Of a stretch of DNA of 64,000 nt, positions 13,401-24,977 are shown one piece after another. The notes below the pieces were generated by a model. The model ran no database searches, was not told the DNA's origin, and worked only from the letters and a program-made list of their open reading frames with translations. The stretch lies in assembly GCA_965153285.1 (NCBI GenBank), contig OZ229119.1; one strand, 5' to 3'. Source of the stretch: Podarcis tiliguerta (Eukaryota). The position numbers were made by a program, and so were the translations under genes. The stretch's first letter is position 1. Each line of letters begins with the position of its first letter.

Positions 13401-16400
13401 CAAGAGGTTCAGATCCTTGTTTAGCTAGGAGGTTTGCTAGGTAACCGTGGGCCAGTCCTGTCCCCCCCATTCTAACATACCTTGGAGACTAAAAGAGAAT
13501 GAACCATATGCACCTTTGCATTTCTTGATGAAAGGATGGGCTAAGAATGCAATAAAAACTAATGCATTTTCTTTTTCTCACATTTTAAACAGCTCTGAGA
13601 GGTTAGGCTGATTAGTGGTCAGTAAATAATTTACATATATAGAGCCACCTGGGTTCAAATTCTGGCTAGGGACCAAACGGGACATAATGAGGCTGTACTT
13701 TATCCACATCCCTACTTCATGGGGGTCAGGTCCATCATTTACATGGGTAAAACATGTGTAGAGGAAAGTGGAAATCTGATCTCCCTGCCCATCTTATCTC
13801 TCTGCGCTCTTCCGCTTTACTCAGTTTGTCCAGCTCACGTCTGGTGTCAAAAATGAACTAGGAGAAAACTGCTTAAAGCATAGAACACGGGAAGTTTTTC
13901 TCTCTTCCCCCTTGCAAGGAATAGACCCACCCACTTTATTTCTGACGGTTGCCCTACCATATCTGGTTTGGATCTCAGGCAAAGAGAATGGCCCTCAGCA
14001 ATGAACCGTCTCTTTCCCCCATCTGTAAAAAACAAAAACTAGCCAAGCAAATAAAAAGCAACAGGGGAATAATAATGATCCTGAGTCACAGAACCCTCAA
14101 GTTACATTTCCTCAATTATAGGTCTGAACAATTTTTTAAAAAAATAAAAATAAAACTAGCAACTTACATCATTCTGACAGTTCAAGGGACACAGACCATC
14201 CACATCACTGCACTGGAATACAAGAGGAGGAGTTAAATAATGTCTCACTTTAGACTGCATTTACCTGGGCATCATTAGGTATTTTTACAGGAGTAAGGAG
14301 CAGGCATGTCTACTTCAGGCAATATTTGCACATCATATGCTGGTGTGTTACATCCCCTTCAGCTTTCTCCACAAGAAGGATCATTTTAAGTAAGCCTATG
14401 AAAGAAGTGTCCCAGTGGTCTTTTCAGCTCAGCTTCCTAGAGTGGCAGTTGTTCTTTATGTGAATGTGGTTATGCTGTATTTTATCTTAAATTGGATTAA
14501 GCTACTTCACCATGCCTTGTTCACCATGACTTTTCTGAAATGTTTCCAACTGAGACATACATATGCAGATGTACAAGAAATATGAGCCTAGGAGTTTGGA
14601 ACAAATACCACTCCCTGGTGTTTGCTTCTTATGTGTTAGATACATGTTTGTTGCTTCATATGCTGCGTTCAGTGTGGAATGATGACTATTTGGTGCATCA
14701 AAGCAAATTTCAGTGTAGGTAAAGATGACAGAACCAGATGCCCTTGATAGTAATAGTAAAGATTGTTACACAATGGAGAAAGCAGTGACAATGTTGGCTG
14801 CCTCTGGTTTTCTGGTAACAGTTTGACAAATGATATATGAACATTGTATAGTGTCCTCGGGCACTGTCCATTTGCTTCAGTTGAAGATCTGAAGTGAACC
14901 AAAGTTGACATGTGTCACAGCACTGAACCTAACAATACATGGAGGGTTAAATGGTGAGTAAGAAAATATTGTTGGTGTCTGTGGGTTTCATAATTATCAT
15001 TCATTCTGTGCTTACTGATTTGTCCAGTACAATTCTTCCATGTGTGTTTCCTGCCATGCGTTGGATGATCAATCTGTTGTTGGAAATTACTGGAGGAATA
15101 TGTTGTCAGGGGTTGCGTAAACTGTGAGTTTTATGTTGGTTGGAAGATTTTAGCATGCTACACATTAGTTTTTTATTACCTTATCTTATGGTTATTATGG
15201 GTATGGATATTGCATGTTTATGTATTTCTTAATGTGAATCTTCTGAAAGTCGGCTTCTTGTCCATGTATGTATTTAGATGTATTTGGATTTTTGGTATTG
15301 CAAACTGCTTCAAGATCTGTGGATACTAAGCAGTCTATAAAAAGGTAAAGGTAAAGGACCCCTAACAGCTAAGTCCAGTCGCGAACGACTCTGGGGTTGC
15401 AGCGTTCATCTCGCTTTACTGGCCAAGGGAGCTGGCGTTTGTCTGCAGACAGATTTTCTGGGTCATGTGGCCAGCATGACTAAGCCGCTTCTGGCGAAAC
15501 CAGAGCAGTGCACGGAAACGCTGTTTATAGAGGACCTAAATCAGGAGTGGGGAACCTTCAAACTGCGAGGCCTCCCAGTGAAGGAAATTTGGAACATGAA
15601 TCATTTTTTCAAAAAACAAACACCCAAAACCATGCCCATCTGCCAATCAACTGATGTTACTCCAGTTGATGGGCAGGGGTGGGGGGTTGATTCTATGTTA
15701 GCTGTTCCCCTGCTATCAAATAGTATGCACAGCAGAAGCAGCAGGTTTTAGCTCTTTCTCATCAGCTGATAAGCAGGGATTAAATCCTGCTCAGTTTGGC
15801 TGCATGAATCAATTTCCCTTCTGGGAAGAGCCACATGCAACCAATGCACAGCATGGGGCAGTTTGAAAGTCCCTTTGCAAGCAGCTCTGCACTGTTCTTT
15901 GAACCCCCTTTGCACACATACTGTATACAAAGCAGCAGGTTTTAACTCCTGTTCATCAGGGATAAAAAGGTAAAGGGACCTTTAGGTCCAGTCACGGATG
16001 ACTCTGAGGTTGCGGCGCTCATCTCAAGGGGGTTAAATCCTGCTCAGCTTGGCTGCATACACCAAAATCCCCTGCTAGGAATAGATGCACATGACCAAAG
16101 TGCAACATGGAGCTGTTTGACAGCCCCTTTGCAAGCAGCCCCACTCTGTTCTTTGAACCCCCAGTTTTTGAACGTTTAAAGAGCAGCTCAGGGCTGCTTA
16201 AAAAAGGGCTTTCAATCAGCTTATGCTGCCCTTTGAAGTCCCAACAACTGGGGCTATCACAGTGACATCAGGCATGAGATGAGGATGGTTCTGCCAAATT
16301 GTCAAATCTGGCCAGCAAGGGGGGGGGGGATAATATCTGCCTGTCAGCTACAAAAGGTTCCATATTCCTGCACTAAATAAATAGATCTGTCTTTTTCACT

Positions 16401-19400
16401 TTTCTATTCTTTTTTTTTAACAGAGGACTGTTATTATCTAAGATGCACAAGGGAGAAGCTGATGAAAATGTTGTCTTTTTATTAAAGAACAACAATAATT
16501 GAAGAAATCATGGAGCTTCTTAATGTGGATCAGTCATTTTTTAAAACATGCACATTAGCCCAGGAATCACATGCCTGCTCTGTGGTTAATGGAACAGATT
16601 GGGAAAATCTGTCAATAAAAGTACTGCCAAAGGCACCCTATTGCTGTCAATCAAACCAGCAAGTATGAAGACACATAGATGATTGAGTGATAATCACTGG
16701 GATTTAATGGGAGAGCTCAATTTTCTTTCTTTTGATCCAATTAAGACATAGAGGAAAGGGAGTGTCTATCTCCCCAAAGCTGCTTACTCCTCCATCAGGA
16801 GGCCAAATCCCAGTTAAAATATATTTTATTAGTAAATGAGCAGTGTCCCCCAATTTTACAGAAGGGACACCAAAAAAGAAACAGATTGAAATTTTCTTAT
16901 ATGAATTGCTATATAAACCAGGAACACTGAAATATCCGCAGAAGTATTTATTGTTATGAGTTTGCGTGGTCAGGTGGAGTCCCCCAAACCTTGGGTGGCC
17001 CCCATGTGGAAACCATGGTGCCTCTATTGTAGAAGCCTGGGAGAGGGTAGAAGTAGCAACCACTTTAAAAAAAATAGCAGGCTATTTAAAGGTGGGGAAA
17101 AGAGCCGTCAGCTCTGGTTCGTTGTGCCTGTGGCAAAGATTCTGCCATATGTTTCTATTAAATATAGACATTTTCTTGATTTGTACTGGATAAAATAAGC
17201 TGTCATCCTGACTGTAACTTTCTTTATTGCCTTGTCATTGTGCATTAGAGCAAGAGGTTATGGCACCCTGACAGCTAATTTGAGATGTAGATTCAACTCA
17301 GCACCAACTGAATCCCATTCTTTGATTAAGCTGCACAATCCTGTCAGACAGGAATGCAAATATTTCCTGGAGACAAGAACTGATTGTGATAATCAGATTC
17401 CCACTAGTCTGTTTACCCTTCCAGGGCCCACCTGCATATTAATTAAGCTGGTAGGCTGTAGAAATTCCATTAAATGCTTATGATTGGCTTTGCATCATAT
17501 GGAGTGTCATATCTATCACAAAGACAAAAAAATCTTTTTTTCCCCGTATTAAGAAAATAGTTCTCCTAGGTGTAGACTGACATCCTGAAAGGGAGGCAGG
17601 GGTTGGGTGGGCAAATGTTTTTGCAGTTAAAAAAAAACTTCTCCACCTGGTCTTCTGGAAGCAATGTCTACTCTCCACAGGCAACTAAGCTGATTAGTTA
17701 TGCCCCAGTCTCCACTGGCACAAAGGAGCAATCAGATGGAATACATTCTGGAGAAACAGATTGGTATTCTGTTCTTAGAAGCCATGTCTTAGAAAGCAGG
17801 CTAAATCCCTAGCTCTGGAAAGATCAAACTTCACCTGATGATGCAGCAACAAGGCTAGTAACTATTGTGAACTTATTTGCAAAGTTGTTTAGAAGTTGCA
17901 CAGGACTGAATCGGACAGTGAGCTCAACCGCATCAGAATCAAGGCTTTGTAACTCTAGCTGCTGCTCTAGAGCTGCTGGGGTGGAAAAGCTTAAAATGTA
18001 CTTATTCATGAAATATGTTAAAGCTCATCAGCCTCTGATGACTTCATAGGTATCAAGCCATTTCTGAACCTTCAAACTTTTCCCATTATATGACTCAGAC
18101 TCTTTAGTGCTTCTTGGCAACTTGCTTTGGTTTGTCTGCAATATTTAGGTACTCTACATATAAATGTATTCAACCCAACTCCTGACACACAAATGACACA
18201 TGGCTATCAACGTTTTATGAAGCACACACAGGAAGGGGCTTCTGGGAAATCTCTTGGCCTTCAAAGCTCCTTACTTACATCAGTGTCATTGGGCTGGAAG
18301 ATGGTAAATGGAACCATTGACACGCAGGTCATTGCAGAACATGGAAGGGAAGTGGAAAGAGGAGACAAAATGTCCATTAGTATCTCCTTATTGAACCATT
18401 ATTGACTGGCAGTGAACCAAGAGAAGCCTTCTTACACATGAATGGGTGCTGGAAACAGAGCCAGAAATGTGAGCAAGTTTCTTTTCAGCACCCTCAGTCA
18501 TCACTTTCTCATTCCCAGCTAAACTTTGTATAGTGTTTAATAATGTATAACTGCACACATGTAAGGAGGCTGATAATGCCAAGTTCTTAAACTGAACTAC
18601 TTATTTATGACACTTGCCCCTCTGGGAATGAAGTTTTAGCCTCCATTTATTCTCAACTAGACAGTCATATTTTGGGCCGGGGGTGGGGTGGAGTTAGTTC
18701 TCAATGTGCACCTTTCCCTCAAATGTCTGTGATTATGGGATGAATGTGCTTGTTGTTGTGGTTAATTTAATTTTTCCTGCATTCACCTTAAGGTCCCAGG
18801 GTCGGTTACAACAACCTAAAATACAACATTAAAAACAGTTTAAAATGACTTACAATCACAAACATGGGGTGGGTCCTAAAAATATACATCTCAGGTGTCA
18901 AATGCCAGTGTATAAAAGGGAGTTCCACAACAGGGGCTGCCACAGAGAATGTCCTTTCCCAGGCTACCAACACTCCAAGCTTCTGGGGCAATGAAACTAT
19001 CAAGAGGGGCCCTTCTTCCTATCTTAACACCCAATAGGATCTATAGGAAAGGAAGCAGTCTTCAGGTATTTGGGGATTTAAACACTGGTGTGGCCACATT
19101 AAATTAAGCCCTGAAGTGAACTGGCAGCAAATGCAACCAGTAGTAGAGAAAGCACTTACAACCACAGTACTATTAGATTGTATCAACAACACCCTTTTAA
19201 ATTTAGCCTTAAGAAAATAGTTTGAGGCAGAATGAATCGCCATCTAGATTGGGGTAGGCAGCCCAATCACCTTCTAAATCCGGCCCGCGGATGGTCCGGG
19301 AATCAGAATGTTTTTACATGAGTAGAATGTGTCCTTTTATTTAAAATGCATCTCTGGGTTATTTGTGGGGCCTGCCTGGTGTTTTTACATGAGTAGAATG

Positions 19401-19985
19401 TGTGCTTTTATTTAAAATGTATCTCTGGGTTATTTGTGGGGCATAGGAATTTGTTCATCCCCCCCCCCAAAAAAAAAATATAGTCCGGCCCCCCACAAGG
19501 TCTGAGGGACAGTGGAACGGCCCACGGCTGAAAAAGGTTGCTGACACCTGATCTAGATTAAGCAGAGACAGCATGACGGAGTGCAGTGCAATCAGGATGG
19601 TAGAGGGGAGTCGGTAAAACCAAACAAGATTTTGAAGGGCTGAATCGGTACAAACATAATTCCACAATTAAATGTGTCAGCTGCAGTGGATTTAATGCCA
19701 TGCCAGGCTTGTGACGGTCTGTTAACATGACGTTCTGAGAACAGACTGGCAGCTGATGCAGCATTGAAGTTGTCAAAGGATTAGCAAAACGTGTCATTTA
19801 AAAACTAATCTACTGCACAAATCTGTTTAATACACATTTTACAAAGGATTTTGTGGAAATGTGGCAAGTAAAACATCACCATATATCACCTTCTGTTTTT
19901 GCACTATATTTCAGCATTCTTACCTGCTGTGTAGCCATCCAAAACTTACGCTGAAGAAATTCTAGTTTAATTTGCACACCCACAG
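801..19985 (-). CDS. CACNA2D4: CACNA2D4 partial spliced CDS: join(complement 19924-19985, 14168-14212, 11823-11885, 10789-10859, 8958-9033, 5530-5582, 2068-2123, 801-821); gene extends beyond both window ends
   Basis: Spliced translation (A)VGVQIKLEFLQRKFWMATQQ-CSDVDGLCPLNCQND-NLNCFLIDNNGFILVSKASKQ-TSKFLGEVDGSVMTQLLSMGMFKQ-VKMYDYQAMCKMPHHHHSGARPLLS-PVYALLGALKWLITDFLI-FFLEFNISGFWHTDNLAD-AKAVFHH matches the recalled human alpha2delta-4 C-terminal region. All junctions are GT-AG with matching phases. Nested LRTM2 supports D4 over D3. Confidence 0.95.
1443..1497. repeat. (TTTC)n microsatellite
   Basis: Direct reading. Confidence 0.98.
2068..2123 (-). CDS. CACNA2D4: CACNA2D4 exon (~33), 56 nt, (I)FFLEFNISGFWHTDNLAD(A)
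   Basis: Acceptor ttttgacAG, donor G|GTGAGT; phase 2 to phase 1; similar to the FLLEW/FLVEFN segment of alpha2delta-4/-3. Confidence 0.9.
4603..4751 (+). mobile_element. tRNA-Lys(CTT)-derived SINE with CR1-type 3' tail
   Basis: 4603-4675 follows tRNA-Lys (TAGCTCAGTCAGTAGAGCATGAGACTCTTAATCTCAGGG) with a decayed T-arm and acceptor stem, then the CR1 tail GGGTTGGACTAGATGATC...CAACCCT...TTCTATGATTCTA. Confidence 0.85.
5530..5582 (-). CDS. CACNA2D4: CACNA2D4 exon (~32), 53 nt, PVYALLGALKWLITDFL(I)
   Basis: Acceptor tttttcaacAG, donor GTGAGT; phase 0 to phase 2 fits both neighbours; similar to human PISAFLTATRWLLQELVL. Confidence 0.9.
8958..9033 (-). CDS. CACNA2D4: CACNA2D4 exon (~31), 76 nt, (Q)VKMYDYQAMCKMPHHHHSGARPLLS
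   Basis: Poly-T plus gcAG acceptor, GTAAGT donor; YDYQAMC motif. Confidence 0.96.
9151..9303 (+). mobile_element. Sauria SINE, 5'-truncated
   Basis: gccagaagc...agtcatgctggccacatgac...gagatgagc...gactggacttaa...ggggtcctttaccttt tail; reverse complement of the 15339 copy. Confidence 0.85.
10789..10859 (-). CDS. CACNA2D4: CACNA2D4 exon (~30), 71 nt, TSKFLGEVDGSVMTQLLSMGMFK(Q)
   Basis: Acceptor cttgcAG, donor GTAAGT; FLGEVDG motif; ends in phase 2. Confidence 0.96.
11823..11885 (-). CDS. CACNA2D4: CACNA2D4 exon (~29), 63 nt, NLNCFLIDNNGFILVSKASKQ
   Basis: Polypyrimidine tract plus cAG acceptor, CAG|GTAAG donor; conserved CFxIDNNGFIL motif. Confidence 0.96.
14168..14212 (-). CDS. CACNA2D4: CACNA2D4 exon (~28), 45 nt, CSDVDGLCPLNCQND
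   Basis: Acceptor tattccAG, donor GTAAGT; three Cys spaced as in human CSTVDGPCTQSCEDS. Confidence 0.93.
15339..15527 (-). mobile_element. Sauria SINE, 5'-truncated
   Basis: (AAAGGT)n tail, gtccagtcgcgaacgactctggggttgc, ggtcatgtggccagcatgactaagccgcttctggcg. Confidence 0.9.
15542..16370. mobile_element. Non-autonomous hAT (Charlie-like) element with an internal ~190-bp duplication and a nested Sauria SINE fragment
   Basis: TIRs caggagtggggaacctt / aaggttccatattcctg (14/17); degenerate 8-bp TSD acctaaat / cactaaat. Confidence 0.65.
15964..16025 (-). mobile_element. Sauria SINE 3' fragment
   Basis: aaaaggtaaagggacc...aggtccagtc...gactctgaggttgcggcgctcatctc. Confidence 0.8.
19250..19550. mobile_element. 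hAT-Charlie MITE (OposCharlie1-like 3' end) with an internal tandem duplication
   Basis: Perfect 8-bp TSD ATCTAGAT (19242-19249, 19551-19558); degenerate TIRs; ~61-bp block repeated at 19310 and 19381. Confidence 0.85.
19924..19985 (-). CDS. CACNA2D4: CACNA2D4 exon (~human exon 27), 62 nt, (A)VGVQIKLEFLQRKFWMATQQ
   Basis: Acceptor ttccccatAG, donor CAG|GTAAG; phase 1 to phase 0; KLEFLQRKFW motif. Confidence 0.95.
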
Positions 19986-20012
19986 CTATGGGGAAACAAA
20001 ACAAGGAGATTG

Positions 20013-20068
20013 GAGGGAGAGAGGTGGAGAGAGAGGGAGACGGAGAGGGAGAGGGAGAGGGAGAGGGA

Positions 20069-20116
<48 letters not shown>
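20013..20116. repeat. Compound (GAGAGG)n/(GA)n polypurine tract
   Basis: Direct reading. Confidence 0.97.
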
Positions 20117-20118
<2 letters not shown>

Positions 20119-23100
20119 TTAGGGAAAGAAACTAAATATTTCCATGCAGTCACCAGAAGAAATCACACCATTCCAAGTGTAAATGACAGGTAAATGCTGA
20201 GTCAGAACATAAAGTGAGAGTCAGGGGTTTAACAAGGTGATGCAAACGGAAGCATCAACTGCTGTGCTGAAGTACAGACACCTGCCTCCCACTAAACACT
20301 ACCAAGATACAACAGGCTGCCAAAACACTTTCCCCTTTGGTTGCTGCAGATTATAAAAGCCATCTGATATAATCATGATTCAAAAGTGCAATATAGGAAG
20401 ACTCTTAGGCTGAAAACAGAAAACACAGGAATTCTTAAAGAGAGCTGAAAGTGGCAGGAGACAGGTATTGCTTCCCAAGTTCTCTACATGTGTTTTGTTT
20501 GTTCCAAAGAAGCCTTTAGTCCAAAGGCTTTTGGAAAATGTATAAAACCTTTGCAAAATCTTTTTACCAGAGGCAAAAGTACACAGTAGGAGCAGTGCTT
20601 GCATTTTCAAATTACCTTCCGTTCTTGGAGCGGGGAATCTGTCTCATCTGTTGTCTGCCTAAAGTCATCTCGTGTGCTCATGGCAGAGGTAAGATCTGAA
20701 ACTGAGATCTTGGTTCACAGGTAAGTCCCCTGGCCTTCATGCTACACTAGTCTCTTTGCTCTTGGAATCTGATGCTGGAATGCAGCTTTGAAAGCGTGAA
20801 AACCACAGAGGAAAGAGTTCTGTGCTATGCGTACATTGAACCTGGCAGCCAGCATCAGGGGCAGAGTACATCATTTTTGCTCTTGGAGCCATGGTGTCAG
20901 TGTCCTTCATGTCATGTTTCTACTGCTGGTACATCTTAGAGCATTCTTATAATAAAATGAATCTGACTGCTGTGGAATAAGGAAGGGAATTATTTCCTAC
21001 AGCTGCCTTCTCCCTGAATTCCTGAACATGCACAACCAGGCAAGACACAAGATTCATCTGGGTCCAAGTTGTAAAGATGTAATGGAAGTAGAAAAGTTGA
21101 GACTGAATTTTTCTCTGGCATTATTGGCTAAATATTCATTGAGTTACACTAAGAGGTAGCAGTGAGGATCTTTACAGAATAATAAAAGGCAGGTTTCAGC
21201 CTGAGTGCTAAGCAGGAGCCAGCAAAGAAACACCACAAGCCTGGCCCCATGGGAAAGAACTGAGGAGTCTGGCTGGAGGTGAGAATAACCATGAGACATA
21301 CTTTCCTGTCACTTTTACAGTGCAAATCTATACATTTTTACAGCCACTTTTACAGTGCACATCTATACATCCTGTGTTTCCTCAAAACACAGGAAGAAAG
21401 AGAACTCCTTTGTACCTAATTCATCAAATTGTCCACTTAACTCAGAACTGTCTACTCTGACTAGTAGTGAATCTCCATGTTATCATGGATCAAGATTGTA
21501 CCTGTTCCTTATTTTTTTAATTGAAGTTTTTTGTGGCAGTTCTTGTAAAAATACAAATAAAATGACATCAAAATAAAAGAATAAAATAAAAGGGAGATTT
21601 AAAATACGGAAGGGGGTAGTAGGTTGAGGTGTTTTGACCATTTAAACTGGAAATGCATCCACAGCAGTGACCAGAGGAGGAATGACCACTGAGAGGAGCA
21701 CAGATAAAAGAAATACCATGGGGCATCTGCAGCAGCACAACCAGATGTCTTCATCTGCCCCAGCTGCAACAAAACACGTCTCTCCCATCTTGATCTCTAC
21801 AGCCACAGCAGGCGATGTAAGCTTCCAACAGTTTGACTTCATCCCCAAAAGTGCACTCCTACATTGTCTTCTGAAACAGACGGATTGCCAACAACAATTC
21901 TACTACTATAGATCCATCCTCAGGGATCTATCATACCCCCAGTGGGCCTTATTCCCAGGTAAATATGCACAGGACTGCAGCCTATGTCACTCCTGTGCCA
22001 TTTCTCTTTTTTGACCCAGTATTAGTGAGGTGGATTGCAAAGGTGAAAAATGTAAGACAAAAGACAGCCCAGTCTAAAATTATCAGCAGTTGCTATGCTG
22101 GAAGGGTAGGATTTATTTATCCCCACTCTTTAATGGAGTGGGCTCACGTAACTGTTTCAGTAGTACAGTAAGGAAATTATCAAGTCTAAAAAAAGTAAAA
22201 TTAAAATAAAACATTAACTTTAAAAATAGGCTTCAAGATGGCACAGGTATTTTGGTACAGGAAGAAGTATATTATTCACCAGCGAAATCATAGAAACAAT
22301 AGGTGCATGCAACACAGCAAAAATATTCAAAACAGCAGTGCTTATTGCTGTGGAGTTGCTTGTAAAAGAAATAATTACATTTCTCCAGGACCTGGTTCTA
22401 AACATTTTGAGGGCTGGGATACTGCAATCACCACCACCCTCCTCCTCCAATTTTACTAGTTCCTGAGCACTTACCCATGAAAAACCCATATTATTTGGTA
22501 AGGACCTGCAACTAATATCCCTCTGGTGCTATTTGATGGAAAAACATCATAGGCTGTAAATGAGGCTGTTTGCAGATTTGGTTTAAAAGACATTCTGCCT
22601 TTGTACACAGGGTAAATTCCCTGTTATCCCTTGAAACCATTTCAAGTGAGAACCATTTCCTTTATCACAACTAGATTATATCACTGGCCTGCAGCTTTCT
22701 TACAACTCTTTAGTGGATAATGCCAGAACAACAAACCTTAGAAGAACATGAAAGTACTAAGCATTTCATGTTTTCACCAGAAGAAATCTAAATCCTGGCA
22801 GATTGTGCAAAGGGAATGAAAAACATGGCAAAGAAGAATCTGTTTTCCATCCATCCTACAGAATACACAAGTAAATCCCACTGCATTCAGTAATTAGCAG
22901 GAGGGCCAATACAATACAGTTATGTCAAAAGTGAAGATTACTAAGTAGTTAATATGCTTCATATCAGCAAATGGAGAAGGTAGATAAATGGTGTGGGGGG
23001 GGGACAGGGAAGTTTGTGTGCGAGTGGAGTGGGAGTAGGAAGCAAGCCAAAGTTCAGGGCTAGCCATGTAGTACATTCTTGTACAGCAATTTGTACTCAG

Positions 23101-24340
23101 CTACCGATACCAGATATGGCACTTGTCACTGTTCGGGCTGCATGCATTTATGCATAGGATGCATGTGTAAGAGCATAGGAAAAACCATGCTGAATCCCAG
23201 TGACAAACCAAATGCCAATGAGAAACCTGCAAGCCAAAGCTGAGTGCAACAGCATTCTCCCCACCTGTGATTCCCAGCAATTGGTATTCAATGGCCTATA
23301 ACAGTAAACTTCCCTTGGATTAAAAAACAACTTACCATGTGGAAAGGAAGGCAGGAAGAAAGGAAGGTGTTCAAGAACACAGCGAAAAGCCCCTTTCAGT
23401 ACACCAAACTAGCTGCATGGATCCTAACCTATATTATACTGTATTAGTTCTTTATCACTTGCAGCTTGTCCTTCAAAAACATGCAGAAATGGAAGGGACA
23501 CATCTTCTTTCCTAATCACAATTTTACGTAATTTAAAAGGGACACATTATGTAATTTAAAAGGGTATCTCTACCCAGGTAGAAATGTTTGTGAGAGAAGC
23601 CAGATATAGAAGGCCTCAGACCAGGGATATCCTGCTAGCAGCTTGTGGGCCAGATCAATCCCCAAAAACAGTTTGGAACTTGACAGCTCTATGTAACTTA
23701 AATGACGACATGGGGTAACCTTTGCCAAGGGTTGTAAGGAAAATGTTTTCAAAAGGTGTGAGTCTGAGAAATTGACATTTAAGTTCTCTGACTCACATTT
23801 TCCGAATTTATTTCAATAAATGCTTCAGTAAAACATCTGCCCATATGTACTTATTGAATAGCAAGATTAACATATGAGAAACGTGGGCAGGTAGGATATG
23901 GCCTTTTCCATTGTGGCATGACAACTGTAGAACGCCTGTTCAGGGGAGATGCCAAGTGTCTCCATCACTGCCCAGAATCTGTCAGGCACCAAAGGATGTG
24001 CATTTCAGTTGGCCTTGGGGGGTATATTGATTTATCTATGTAAATATAAAAGCTTGTTAGCCTAGCATCAATGCTTACGACCAAGAAGGAGGGTCACCAC
24101 TCCTAGATCTTTCTTTGGTGGCAGAGTAAACCAATAATTTTGGAAAGGGAGATTTCATTACATGTCCCCTAATCTGAGTAGGTTTCAGTTGGGACGTTTT
24201 GGAACATAGTAGGCTAATGGGAGCCAGTTCTTGGAACCACCTTCACATACAATGGTTTTGTAATCTTGGACCCTATTACTGCAGCCCATTTTTTCATGCC
24301 ATCAGGATCTTGTCCATTGTCTCACTGGTTTTAGACTACA

Positions 24341-24492
24341 GGAAGGAAGGAAGGAAGGAAGGAAGGAAGGAAGGAAGGAAGGAAGGAAGGAAGTTCTGTT
24401 ATGCAGTTCCATCTCTGAGACAGAGACAGAGACAGAGACGACAGAGTCAGAGTCAGAGTCAGAGACAGAGTCAGAGACAGAGACAGAGACAG
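24341..24492. repeat. (GGAA)n at 24341-24393 followed by (GAGACA/GAGTCA)n at 24417-24492
   Basis: Direct reading. Confidence 0.97.
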
Positions 24493-24639
24493 AAAGATGG
24501 CTCCTTTACACCATAATGGCTAAGAAAACTGGTCCCAGTTAACTGACAATGATAACACATACAAATCCCTCAAAATCTGAACCCATTATGCCTTCTCAAA
24601 GGACTGCAAAAATTAGTTACTTAGCCTGGCTTTTAATAG

Positions 24640-24977
24640 CCTATTCACACTGCACATAGTTAAACTTCAGAATTTGCTGCCACAAGATATAAAAATGGCC
24701 TCCAGTACGAATGGCTTTGAAAAGGGATTAGACAAATTCCTGAAGACTAAGGCTATCAATTACTACTAGACATGATGACTATGCATGGCCTCCAGTATTA
24801 AAGGTATTAGACCTCTGAAGCAGTGTTCTAGTTGCTGGGGATCATGGGGAGGAGAGTGCTGTTGTGCTATTGTCCTGCCTGTGGAACCACAGATATCTGG
24901 TTGCGCACTGTGGAACAGAGTGCTGGAAGAGATAGGCCTTTGGTCTGATCCAGCACAGCTTTTCTTATGTTCTTATG
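24640..24977 (+). mobile_element. CR1 LINE 3' end
   Basis: ORF2 tail ggctttgaaaagggattagacaaattc, 3' UTR ending ggtctgatccagc...ttcttatgttcttatg. Confidence 0.8.

Noticed and set aside
19972-20193. RG/RE-rich ORF, and the RKEG/RQ-rich ORF 24199..24516
   Set aside because: Translations of microsatellites.
21642-21848. ORF containing SPAVAVEIK...FVAA, resembling the same exon
   Set aside because: No donor at the required position; it would also place LRTM2 in a different intron from the known arrangement.
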